Shown here: positions 12,982-25,079 of the stretch, in pieces
Position numbering within the stretch: the first letter of the stretch is position 1
Layout: every line of letters starts with the position of its first letter
From: Lepidodermella squamata
Lineage: Eukaryota; Animalia; Gastrotricha
Assembly (NCBI GenBank): GCA_047495785.1
Contig: JBLDXI010000033.1
Span: 620,001 to 684,000, forward strand
Direction of reading: 5' to 3'
Length of the DNA stretch: 64,000 nt
Program-made: the position numbers and the translations under genes
The notes under the pieces: model-generated
Databases searched by the model: none
What the model was told of the DNA's origin: nothing
Seen by the model: only the letters and a program-made list of their open reading frames with translations

Positions 12982-14538
12982 ATGTCCCTATCTGCTGTTG
13001 CCAATGCTCGATGGCATTTATGGGCCCACAAGTTTGCTCACTTCAGACACGTTGAACAAGTTTCTCTTGCTGGTGGAGGGCGGAGAGCTGTGGAACGTCA
13101 GATATCACTGAAAAAGCTGACTGTTCGTAATCGCATCCAACTGATCATGGATAAAGATGCACAGTTTCATGAATTTTCTCGTTGTGCTGGTTATGATCTA
13201 CCTGATCCCGTTGGAACTGTACCTTGCGGAGGTGTTGTCACAGGAATAGCCCGAATTTCAGGCCACGATTGTTTGGTTATTGCTCAAGATTCCACGGTAA
13301 AAGCTGGCGCTACTTATCCTATTGGATTAAAGAAAGCTTTGCGTGCGGCCAGAATAGCCATAGCTAACAACTTGCCCATGCTGTCACTCGTAGATTCCGC
13401 TGGCGCGTTTCTACCGTTACAGGCAGAAATATTCCCGGATGAAAATCACGGCGGCCGATCATTTTATTATCAAGCACGTCATCAAGCTCCTCAGATGGCC
13501 GTCGTCTTAGGTCATTGCACTGCTGGTGGAGCTTACACCCCCATGATGACCGATCAGGCTGTCATCGTAGAACGGCAGGGTGCCGTCTTTCTTGGGGGTC
13601 CGCCTCTTGTGAAAGCTGCGCTTGGAACAGTGTTGACCGTAGAGGAACTAGGTGGAGCTAAGCTGCATACAACTGTGAGTGGTTGCACAGATGCGCGATC
13701 TGCCAATGAAACGGAGGCAATGGCTCTTACGCGTGAATTATTCAAGCTGACCCTGCCTAAAAAGTCAATTTCCTCATCAGAGCCCTTTGACGAACCTCTT
13801 CAATCTCTTGATGAAATAGACTCGATCATGTCTGATGATTTAACATGTTTTGATGCGAAAAAACTTCTGGATGGTCTCTTTGACGGAAGTATCTATCACG
13901 ATTACAAACCTGAGTATGGCCTAGCTGTGAAAGCTGGTTTTGGAACAATTAAGGGCATTTCGGTTGGGATTGTTGTTTCAACCGGCTCAATACCTTTAGT
14001 CAACGATCCAGATTCATTGGCAAAGTTCGCTCATTTCGTTCAGATTTGTTCATCAAGAAATATATCCTTGGTTTTCATCTCAAATTCTTCTCCTTGCCCT
14101 GAAAAAATGAACCCACTAGCCTTGAGCGCAGCTGCTAGATTGACTTCTATTATTTCAACTTGCAGTGTCCCTCGAATTTCGCTTCTTATCGGCGATCATC
14201 GCGCTGAAGAGGTTTATTTTTCCTCCGGTCTTCAGCCGGACTTTATTCTTTCATGGCCAACTGCTAAATTTTTTACCTCTTTCAATCGAAATGAAGTATC
14301 TGACGATGCCGAAATCGACGACGAGGAAACTCCGAAAAAGAATCCTCTTGGGTATCGCGATGCGATATACGCATCTGCCAGGCTTTGGGATGACGGCATT
14401 ATTCTTCCTCGCAATACTCGTGATACACTTGCTCGATTACTTTCAGTTGCAACAACGAAAGACGAAAGAGCTGCTCTTTATTCTAAAATCTTCTGGCCAC
14501 AAGCTTCAATGCGTCATTATGCTAACATTCCGAATTGA
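12982..14538 (+). CDS. Methylcrotonoyl-CoA carboxylase beta-like carboxyltransferase (MCCC2-like paralog), coding region intronless
   Basis: 518-aa ORF with GGGRRAVERQ, DSTVKAGATYP, VDSAGAFLPLQAEIFPDENHGGRSF, GHCTAGGAYTP, FLGGPPLVKAA, EELGGAKLH and YASARLWDDGIILPRNTR. Confidence 0.88.
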   Translation: MSLSAVANARWHLWAHKFAHFRHVEQVSLAGGGRRAVERQISLKKLTVRNRIQLIMDKDAQFHEFSRCAGYDLPDPVGTVPCGGVVTGIARISGHDCLVIAQDSTVKAGATYPIGLKKALRAARIAIANNLPMLSLVDSAGAFLPLQAEIFPDENHGGRSFYYQARHQAPQMAVVLGHCTAGGAYTPMMTDQAVIVERQGAVFLGGPPLVKAALGTVLTVEELGGAKLHTTVSGCTDARSANETEAMALTRELFKLTLPKKSISSSEPFDEPLQSLDEIDSIMSDDLTCFDAKKLLDGLFDGSIYHDYKPEYGLAVKAGFGTIKGISVGIVVSTGSIPLVNDPDSLAKFAHFVQICSSRNISLVFISNSSPCPEKMNPLALSAAARLTSIISTCSVPRISLLIGDHRAEEVYFSSGLQPDFILSWPTAKFFTSFNRNEVSDDAEIDDEETPKKNPLGYRDAIYASARLWDDGIILPRNTRDTLARLLSVATTKDERAALYSKIFWPQASMRHYANIPN

Positions 14539-14621
14539 TATTTTAATGTATTGAATAATTATTTAAATACGTTGAATTATTGTGCCGTAGGTCTGTTGAG
14601 AGATTCGATTATTGATATGTT

Positions 14622-17278
14622 ATGCAATACTCATTGCTTTTCCTGTCTTTAATTCTATTCTCGGCCAGCTATGCAGTTGACGTCAAACACTACAGGTTTG
14701 CGCTTGAAATTCGTGATTTGTTGATAATTACGATTTCTCGTTACAGGAACAAGGTTTTGTCGATGTTTTACGAGTCGTACAACAGTTACGTGAGCAATGC
14801 GTTCCCGCGAGATGAATTGAGACCGCTCAGTTGCGATGGGCAGGAAACATTCGGCAGCTATTCACTGACACTGGTCGACTCTCTCGACATGCTAGCTATT
14901 GTCGGAAATCACTCCGAATTTCAACGGGCAGCTTCGATTATTCTCGATTCAATAGATCTCGATCGATCTATCAATGTCTCGGTTTTTGAAACCAATATCA
15001 GAGTAGTTGGTGGTCTGTTATCAGCTCACCTCATGGCGAAAAGAACCGGTTACAATACCTCACCCGGCTGGCCGTGTTCTGGGCCTCTTCTCGACGCTGC
15101 TGTTGCCGTCGCGCGGAAATTGCTGCCAGCTTTCTACACAAAAACCGGAATGCCTTATGGAACAGTTAATCTTCGCGATGGAGTTCCAAAGGGTGAAACT
15201 CCGGTAACTTGCGTAGCGAGTGTTGGCACCTTTTTGGTGGAATTTGGAGTGCTGAGTCGGCTGACGGGCGATCCTGAGTTTGAACGAGTAGCCATTCGAG
15301 CGTTATACTCATTGTGGGACCATCGAAATGCGAAAACTGGCTTGGTGGGAAATCACGTTGATACTTCAACCGGGAAATGGACTGCGACCGATGCAACGTA
15401 AGTGACGTCGAATTTTGCGATTTTTTAAGGGGGAAATTTATGCAGTTTCCCTCTCAAAAAATCAGAAATTCTATGCTGTCTCGCTTTACGTTCAAAAGCA
15501 ATTACGTTTTCACGTGATGAATCAAATTGAAATTGTAAACACGTCATCACCTGATTTAATTTTATTCAAGAGGATAACGCTTGCGTACACATGTTTATTT
15601 GAAATCTGACGTGTCAGTAATCATACCTCAAGTTTTTAATCTAGTTACTTTGATATGATCTTTTTTATTATGTAGTATTGGCTCTGCAGTCGATAGCTAT
15701 TTCGAGTATCTAGCCAAAGCCGGCGCGTTATTCGATCGGCCAGATTTACTCTACATGTTTCACGAATATGCAAATGTGATAAATAAGTATATACGAAAAG
15801 GCGACTGGCACGTTATGGTATCGATGGAAACGGGCCAAGTCACATGGCCCTACTTCCAGTCCCTCGAATCTTTTTGGCCTGGAGTTTTGGCGATAACTGG
15901 AAATATCAACGATGCGATAAAAATTTACAGTAAATATTTCGAAATCTGGCGGCAATATGGCAGCTTGCCGGAGATATACGATTTATCGGCGAGGGAAGTC
16001 AAAGAAAATCGAGCTGCTTACCCTCTTCGGCCCGAATTAGCTGAATCAACATATTACCTGTAGTTTTTCATTTTCTTTAATTTAAAAAAAGTTGACTATT
16101 TTTTAAATATTAGTTATCGAGCTACTAGAGACCCGTTTTACCTCGAAGCTGCAGCTACAATGGTAGACAATATAAATCAATTAGCTCGAACGCCATGTGG
16201 ATTCGCTTCACTGCATAACGTGCGAGATCACACGCTAGAAAATCGAATGGAGTCGTTTTGGATCGCTGAAACTTTGAAATATCTATATTTAGTTTTCGAT
16301 CTGGATAATTTCATCAATTCGAATGGCGAAGATCCAATAACTTTTGATACTCCGCATGGTCAGTGTACTGTTCATGCGGGTGGTTACGTTTTCAACACCG
16401 AAGCTCATCCTATGGACCCGTCTGCTATATATTGCTGCTCAAAAGAATCTCAGGTAAAATAAATTACATGCTTAGAATAAATTATTTGAAATTCAAATTA
16501 ATTCCAGAAAATCGCAGCCACGATGGATGCTGCTATGGGAACGTTTGATTTTGTTACCGAAGCCGGTTTATCGCTATCTGTGACCGATTCTGAAGAAAGT
16601 CCGCAGAAATCTGTGAAAGGTGAGCAGATACTAACCAACAACGAAAACCCGGTTCACGCCTCACCAGAAGTACTGACCAATCGCACCCCAATACCGCCCC
16701 CGGTAGAACCCGCGAAAGCCCCTCGAGTCGTAACAGTTCAACAAAACGTTAAAAAATATATGCCATCGAAAGGTACATGCGAAAAATCGTCGGAATTGGC
16801 CCTTTTTCTCACAAAAATTGTCCGGTTAAACGAGGGCGCGAAAACCTGCCCGGCCAGTGCGACGCCATTGCTAACCGCTTACAATCTACTGCTGAAAAAG
16901 GCGAAATTACAGCAATTGGACCAGCAAAAATTGGCGGCGAAAACTGGCGATGGCTCGCAGAAAACGATTGTTGAAGCCCTGCAGGGGTGGCTGTCTGTTC
17001 TGTCGTCATTCGGCGCCAACCCGAGCCTTCACGAGTCGATTGACTTGACATCAGGGTTGGTGAATGAAACCGTCCTTAGCGATGAGGCGGGGCCTATGAA
17101 GGCTGAAGAGCCGCAGCATGCCGTGTTTGTCGACCCGTGTGCCGGCGAGGCGCTGGCTAATGAGTGCTACGCCGCGTACGAAGTGCTCTACAACCGACCC
17201 GCCTTTGTTTGCCTACCTGTGCCATTCTACGTCCGTCACCTCGGTATCAATGGCGTGCAATTCTATGACGCTAGTTAA
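14622..17278 (+). CDS. EDEM2: ER degradation-enhancing alpha-mannosidase-like protein 2 (GH47)
   Basis: Signal peptide. Exons ~14622-14695, 14747-15397, ~15676-16039, ~16114-16452 and ~16509-17278. Motifs DELRPLSCDG, SVFETNIRVVGGLLSAH, GWPCSGPLL, TGMPYGTVNL, DSYFEYL, YPLRPELAES, RMESFWIAETLKYLYL and FNTEAHP. Confidence 0.92.
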
Positions 17279-17675
17279 CACGTTGAAGCCATTTAGATCA
17301 AACAAAAACTCAGAGCAGGAAATAACTAGACAGCGATAAAAATATCATTTTTAAGGCGGATTTTCTATCATTTTTTGCTCTGAGATTTTTTTGATCTGTT
17401 TGGCCTTATATTGTGTCTATTCATGTTCCTGCCATTGCTCATTATAAAATATTTACTTATATTATTATTTTTTGTGAAAAATTGGACTAAAAAAATAATG
17501 ATAATTTTACGTTATTATGATATGATTACTAACTATGACTGCAATGATGTAGCGTTGTTTTTGTCGATTTTCTTCGAGGACTGCTAGTATTTTTTCTTCG
17601 CAACAAAAGCCTTTCTTCTCGTCTTCATTGGGATTGAAAAAAAATTTGTTTTAAAATTTCGATTTTTTTCTAGTT

Positions 17676-20379
17676 ATGAAGTATTTAATAATTTTGATTT
17701 TGGGCCTTGTTCTGGCGCAACAAATCGTCGCGCCGCCTGTCAACCGCGTCGACGAACCAGCCGCCGAGAACGAGAAGCCGCATACCAAGGAGGAAAAGCA
17801 GGAGGAAGAGAGCATCGAAACTAAGCTGGAATATGGGCGCTACCTGCGTGAAGTCGTAAATTTGCTCGAGGAGGATGAAGGATTCCGTAATAAGATCCAA
17901 AACATGACTGCCGAGCAAATTTGGGACGGTTCTATTTCGAATTTCGTCGACTTGCTGGGCCACAATATTCGCACGCGTCTCGATGAGCTGAAACGCCGCG
18001 AGGTCGACCGGTTGCGAGATGTTGCCCGCAAAGAAGCCCAACTGGCTGAAATGAACAAGCAAAATAGTAAGTTTGATATTATTTCAAAGCATTTTTCAAT
18101 TTTATGATCATTTTTCCTAAAAAAAAATGAAAAAATTCATTCTCCCAATTTTTCACGAAATATGGTAGACCAAATAAAAAATCATTTTTAATTTTTTTCA
18201 TATCATTAATCATCATTGGCTAATCAATTTTTCAATTTTTTTCCAGTTACCGACCGTCTGAAGATGGACTTTGCCGACCATCTTGACCACGGAACTATGG
18301 ATACATTCAGCCCTCAAGATTTGAAGCGTCTCATCAAGAAGGTCCGTCTCGACATGGAAGCTATCGACAAGCAACGCGCTGAGGAGTTCAAGAAGTACGA
18401 AATGGAAAAGGAGCACGAATTCCGTGATAAAATCAAGGATTTGCCGGCCGAGGAGCAGGCGAAGCAGAAGGCGCAACACGAGCAGGAACACAAGCAGGAA
18501 ATGAAGCACGAACCGCTGCACCACCCGGGCAGCAAGGACCAACTCGAGGAGGTGTGGGAGAAGGCTGATGACCAGGACGCGGATTCTTTCAACCCGAAAG
18601 TTTTCTTCAAGCTACATGGTATGATTATTTTTAAATTGTTGTTAACAAGTGAAAAAGAGTTGGCACCAAAATTTCTCGAAAAGACACCTTAGATCACCAA
18701 AAATCAGTTTGCATCGCCAGGTTGAGCAATCGTGCATTTGAAAAGTGATCGAATAATATAAGTCAAGATATTATCAAGTCCAGAAAAAAGTCAATCGTAA
18801 GAAATCGCGAATGGCGATTCTGACTCGCCGTATATGCTCCGATATCGCATTTATCGATTCCAATCCGTTGTTGGTAGCACGAATTCTTTTCTCACGGAAT
18901 GCACTAAGCCAACACCCCGATATGTCGCTGGCTGAGGCGAACGCGGCGACTGTAGTGATTCTTCAGATAGTAGTTTGGGATCAGATACGAAATCGAAACC
19001 GCTTGATGGGGTCAACGAAGTTTTAGCGCAAAGAACTACTAGGCCCAATTTAATACGCACCACGATTTTTTGGCAATATTAAAGGTTCTCAAATCGAGGG
19101 CGTTTTAAGGAGGAAGACGCATAAATATTAAATTGCTCTTCTTGGCATTGAACTCGAAGACGATCTGATGATCTGAGAGTAATTTTCTCAGAAGGGAAAG
19201 GCAATAACTTCGAATGTTGAAGGCACGAAATAGCATGCTGCCTTAAGAAACAATTTTTGTATTTAACTAAAGCTGGATAGCCACCAGTAGCAATTGTACG
19301 ACTCCGTTAGTTGCTTTGGCAACACCTTGTCTTTCCGCCGCCCGGCGGCGTGTTCTCGGCTGCCGATGAGAAACCGATGTATGTCCTCGTAGGGCCAGTG
19401 TTGTTTCTTGACTGGGCCGGCGCGGATTGCCCAGTCCCAAGTTCCGTCAAGTCGATGATAAAACTAGAAGAAGACTCATCGCTGGGGTGCCGCCTCACCC
19501 TGACCGATGAGTGCAGCTACTGTTGTGGGTTGATTATCTTCTTGTCCTTGACTTCGATAAAGTCCATTTCCATGTCCGGTTCGTGTCGAGATGCTTCAAG
19601 TCGCCTTTGCTGCCATTCGTTCAAGACTAGTTTGACAGTGCATGCCCTTATCTTTTCTCCTTCTACCATGGTCGTCAACCTGGCAGACAGGCCTGGTGAC
19701 TGCGCGACCCCGCCGCTAACTGAAGGGCGTAGTGATACAGCGTAAGATGGAGAGGGGAACGGCGGTAACCCCCGCTCTGGGCATCTTTTCTGCCAAAGGG
19801 TACTTTATCTCCGGCGGGAGGCTTCCCTTATTCACGTTAGAAGTATCGGGTACAAAACGTTATTATTTGCTGAATTAGAAACCCAACGCAAGCCTCAATG
19901 GTTTTTGTGGGAAACACTTTTTAGAGAGAAAATTCAGTGTTTAACGCAAGGAAAAATTTAAGCACGAACTTGTTTTTGATGACTTCTCAAATTCTCTCTC
20001 AATTTTAGACATCAACGACGACGGGTATTTGGACCCGGCTGAAATCGAAGCCCTGTTCACGACTGAACTCGACAAAGTCTACGGCCCGAATGCGACCGAT
20101 CACGACATGGTCGAGCGCTACGAAGAAATGAACCGCATGCGAGAGCATTTCGTGAAACAGCTCGACAAGGACAACGATTACCTCGTCTCGCTACAGGAAT
20201 TTTTGGACTCGACCGACGACCCTGAGTTCGAGCAGGACGAGGGATGGAAAACCATCGATGAAGAAGGCCCGGTGTATACGGAGGACGAACTTCGCGAATT
20301 CGAGCGCCAACTGGAGGCCCATGACCGCCTGCCGCCATCAACGACCCAGCCAGGCATGGCAGCACCTCATAATATCTAA
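17676..20379 (+). CDS. NUCB: Nucleobindin (NUCB1/2-like), tandem copy 1
   Basis: Signal peptide. Exons 17676-18067, 18247-18618 and 20009-20379. Nesfatin-like LEYGRYLREVVNLLEED...RTRLDELKRREV, HHPGSKDQLEEVWE, and EF-hands DINDDGYLDPAE and DKDNDYLVSLQE. Confidence 0.93.
18700..19900 (-). mobile_element. Insertion in intron 2 of nucleobindin copy 1, probably a degraded retroelement fragment
   Basis: This intron is 1.39 kb versus 51 nt at the equivalent position in copy 2. It is GC-richer with broken reading frames. No diagnostic domain was recognised, and boundaries are approximate. Confidence 0.3.
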
Positions 20380-22249
20380 AAATGTCGGAGATTTGACCTG
20401 ATTCTGGACATTTTTTCGCTAGAATCTCGGTCAATTTCTCGATCAATCATGGAATAGAATTTTTTAATATTTATTATTATCGATTGTGATTGATTCTTCG
20501 AGAGTGAAAACTAAAGCACAACAACCACACCAAAAAAAATCAACTGCTAATTGGTAGAGAACGATCAGAATTAAATTCATTAAAATATCGAAAATTGTTA
20601 TTTATTGCTCCGCGTCTTATTTCGGTGCTTCGCACTTCCCTCCTATTCGTTATTTGGTACCTTCATTATTTGATATATAAAATGTCAAGTATTCTTGATG
20701 TGCTCTTGAATGGATCTGCTCTTGGCGATGAAAAATTGACTTGAAAAAATCTTCTCGTGTTCGTCTCTTTCTTTCTATGGGTTGTCGGTTATTTATTATA
20801 ATATATTTGTGATAAAAATGCATAAAAATTATTATCACTCGAGTTGACATGTTGAGGATGAACCGCCTTGCCTCTTTCGTTCTATAACCCTGGTACTTTT
20901 ATGGCTTGGTCTTCGATATTTGTCGTATAGGTTGCGATATAACAGATCGTGCCTGTTTAGAAATCTGATGAAGTAAAAATACGGTTAACAAATAAGCCTT
21001 GGATATCAGTCTGATATTTATTCGTGCGATTATTTTGGGGCCTGTGCGATGATTATTCCGCGTTTTTCCGATTTTGTTGCAATTGTAACCGAGAAGATAT
21101 GGTTAAATAAAAAGTTGAACGGCGTAAATGAGGATTTTTTGCTAATTTGTTTGTACTTTGTTCTACTGGAATTTTTTACTGGAAGGCCGCCTGGTTAGCC
21201 GCTGAAAAACCCCTGAACTCTCAGAAATTGGCGCGAGAAAGTGTAAAATTCGCAACCACTTTTCACTATTAACTTCTCAGAATATATCGGCAAAGGAAAT
21301 TAGGTCGAGAATAGCCGTTGCTGGCTACACCATGTCCTTCCTCAGTGACATTATATCCCTGGCCGCGCAATATACTTGCCAAGTATTTAATAAACGGGAT
21401 ATAAAATAATCAAAGAATTTCCATAACAAAAAATTCACTTCATTTTCCACGGCTCACATGGTTGTTATGGAAGGAAAAAAGTAAATTTGCAATTTTTGTT
21501 ACGTAACAATGAACAATGAATAAGCCATTACCTGGCGTTAGCCATACCTCAGAGCTACCTGTGGTAGAAAAATTGGCCCGCCAGGATCACCCATTCAAAT
21601 GTTTAAAAACTCCAAAGTTTCCACTTTTCTTTCGATCCGGTCAACCTTGTCACTAATCCAAATTAAAACTAATGATGATAGTATTTTGGATTCGATATGA
21701 TCGGATAAAACAAAATATTTTGAATTTGAAGTTTATTTATTTGAATTTCTGTTCAATAATTCTGTCATCATCCAATACCGACATTTTAAAATCATTGAGT
21801 ATGCCCGTTCCAACAATCTTAGAACCCTAGTAGTAATACCATCCCTAAACCTGCTCGGAACATATTTTTGGGAGGCGAGTCCTAAAGTTAGGATTTGGAC
21901 CTTATATATTTCCGAGGATTTTAGAGTCTGAATACCTAGCAAAAGATTTTAGTTGGAGTTCTGCTGAACAAATCGACTGAAAGGTTGACGTGGCAAAAGC
22001 CGAATTGTCGAGTGCGTTAGTAGCACCCAAATATCGGATATTCCACGCTATAACTTTGTTTTCGGCAAAAAAGGCGCAGCTAAACAAATATGTATTGCCG
22101 GCTGATTGTTGTTGAAATGAACACGTCGCCCACCGGGTCTTCTCGCATCACTGCACTCGTCATCAGTTCACTTCATATTTTCTCTATTGATATAATAGAG
22201 ACTAGACACTAGAACTGAAATAACCGAACGTTCAATTCAAATTTTCAAA

Positions 22250-23542
22250 ATGAAAATTTTAATTTTTTCAACCTTGGTTTTCGCTTTGGTCCAGCAAATC
22301 GTGGCGCCTCCCGTGAACACTGTGGCGCCAACGACTGGGACAACTACGGCTCATATTCCGAATCAAGTTAATAATCAACCCCCCACTACTACAACTCTCA
22401 AAACAACCACGCAAGATACGCGAGATGATGAGACGATCGAGTCGGACCTCGAGTACGCTCGCTACTACCGTGAGGTGGTCAGTGCGCTGGAGGAGGATGA
22501 TACATTCCAAAAAATCATCGCCAATATGTCAGCTGAAGAAATCGCGAAGCCTAAAAATGTCTCGCGTATCGTTGATCTGCTCAGCCATAACGTTCGCTCG
22601 AAGTTGGACGAGATAAAACGCCGCGAGGTTCAACGCCTTCGAGAAATCGCGCATAAAGAAGCTCAACTCATTGCTATGGATAAAGATCGTAAGTCAAATG
22701 GATTTTCGAATTTTCATAAAATTTATATAAAATTAAAATTAAAATTATATCAATAATTTTTGTTTTCAGACAAAAATCCTTTGAAGATCGATTTTGCCGA
22801 TCATATCGACCACCGAGATTGGGAGACCTTTAGCCGGAAGGATCTTAAACGGCTCATTAAAAAATCGACGAGAGACATGGAGGCTATTGACAAGAAGCGA
22901 CGCGAAGAATTCAAAAAGTACGAAATGGAAAAGGAGCATGAATTTCGCGATCATATCAAAAATATGACGGCCGAGGAGCAGGCTAAGGAAAAGCAAAAGC
23001 ATAAGGAAGAACATGAACAGGAGATGAAACATGAGCCGCTACATACATACAGTAAGGCTCAACTCGAGGAGGTTTGGGAGGATATTGACCATCTCGATAA
23101 GGAGGAATTCAATCCTAAAACCTTCTTCAAACTTCACGGTAAAAAATATGAATTTTTGAATTATTTTTTGGGAATTTTTTCAATTTCAGACATAAATGAT
23201 GACGGTTATTGGGATCCGACCGAAATTGAGGCTATGTTCGTACATGAGCTGGATAAAGTCTACGGACCCAATGCGTCCGATCACGATATGGTCGAGCGTT
23301 ATGAAGAAATGAATAGGATGCGCGAAGAATATGTTCATCGACTCGATCAAGATCAAGATTATCTGATATCTAAGGACGAATTCTTGCAATCAACCGATGA
23401 TAAAGAGTATACGCATGACGAGGGTTGGAAGACTATTGATGAAACGGGTCCGGTTTATACCGAGGAGGAACTGCTGCAGTATGAACGTGAACTCGAAGAG
23501 CATGATCGAACACCCGATCACCCGGATCCGACTCATCACTAG
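22250..23542 (+). CDS. NUCB: Nucleobindin (NUCB1/2-like), tandem copy 2
   Basis: Exons 22250-22688, 22770-23138 and 23190-23542, with the same intron positions and phases as copy 1. Motifs LEYARYYREVVSALEED, RSKLDEIKRREV, DINDDGYWDPTE and DQDQDYLISKDE. Thr-rich insert after the signal peptide. Confidence 0.93.
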
Positions 23543-23929
23543 AAGACCAAGAAAATTTGGAATTTTGGTTGTTCAACTTATTTATGTGATGAAACAAATT
23601 GGCTCTCAATCTCAGTTCTTGAAATTAGCTTTCAATCAAGATAGGTTAATTAGGCAATAATTTATTTTTGTGCGATATAATAAATTATTCGGCGCGACTA
23701 GACGCAATTAAATTTGCATTTTTTTGTCGCAATTAATTTTTTCGATAAATTTCTTTATCACGAATTTCCGGTGTTCTCGCCGTGACCCGAAGCATAGTGG
23801 CGTTATCACGGTGCGTTCTCACGGCATGTCGCCAAAAAGAGGCGTTTCGAAAACGAGATAAAAACAGACCACTTCTTCAGTTTTCGTCCTCAAATAATTA
23901 TATACAGTTTTTTCGGTGTGTATAAAAAA

Positions 23930-24757
23930 ATGAAATTTGTAGTTGCACTATGCGCCCTTTTGGCCGTCGGCTATTGCGCCCCGGTCGCCGAACCCCAGGC
24001 CGAGGTTCGCCTGCCCGACTTAAGCGGCTTCAACCTGAACCAATTTCTGGCCGATCTCATCAAAAATTGTTAGTAAAAATACTGTAATTTATTACCAAGT
24101 TTTAAACTAATTCTTCCGCAGTGATTATTGGCATTACCGATGAGATCAACAACTTGGTCGATTTCCTGGTTGCAAAACTGATTGAAAGCATCAACGGACC
24201 GAGTTCTTATTCGAGCCTTGAAGATTCGCCCGATGTTCAGTCGTACGTTCGCAAGACCCAGCGAGGCATGATTAGCCGCCTTCTTAAATACCTGACCGAT
24301 CTCTACAACAGCCTTGTCAACCTAGTCAACACCGGCATCAGCGTAAGAATTTTTCAAAATTCATTTTATTTTATTTAAATTAAAATCAAATTTATCAAGA
24401 AATTTTTTTAAATTTTTGTTATCAATTTTTTCAATTTTACAGGTCAGTGCTCAGCTGTTGGATTCTCTCGGCCAGGCCATTTCCATGTTGGCCAAGGGTC
24501 AAATGCCGCCGACTGACATCATCAAGAGCCTCATTGTCCAATGCCTCGGCATTTTGGGCCGCAAGCGCCGCGAAACCGGCGAAGCGACCGCCAACGACTT
24601 GGTGGCTAAATTCTACCAGCAGGCGCTCGAGATCGCCAAGGCTCGCATGGACAACAATCCGACCTTCGTCAAGTTCACGCCTGAGCAGAAGGCACGCGCT
24701 GCTGAACTCGTCCAGTGGGCCCTCCGTGAGGTGCTCGGCGCCCATTTCGACCAGTAA
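23930..24757 (+). CDS. Orphan secreted all-helical precursor protein with furin/amidation site
   Basis: Exons 23930-24068, 24122-24342 and 24443-24757 join in frame (~224 aa). Signal peptide MKFVVALCALLAVGYCA, amphipathic helices, ...LGILG-RKRR. Strong C/G third-position codon bias. Confidence 0.8.
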
Positions 24758-25079
24758 AAATCAGACAAAAGCTGGTTTTAACCTTAAAAACTTGACAAAG
24801 CTTGTTTTAAGCGATACGAATTTTATCCAATTTCAGCGTTAACTATCGAAAATAAAATAAACCTAATGATCGATTTGAATCGCAGCTGATTTAAGCAAAA
24901 ATAAAAAGGATTACGAAATTTTATTAAATTTTCCTGAACTATTTATTTTTAATATGATCACGTGGCCGTCGAGCTGCGACATAAGGTCACGGTTTGTGGG
25001 CGCGTGCTGGAATTTTCTCAGACTTTTATCATTGAAATTGAGCGTTTTGACAATTTCGATACCTCGTTTTATTTGAAAA

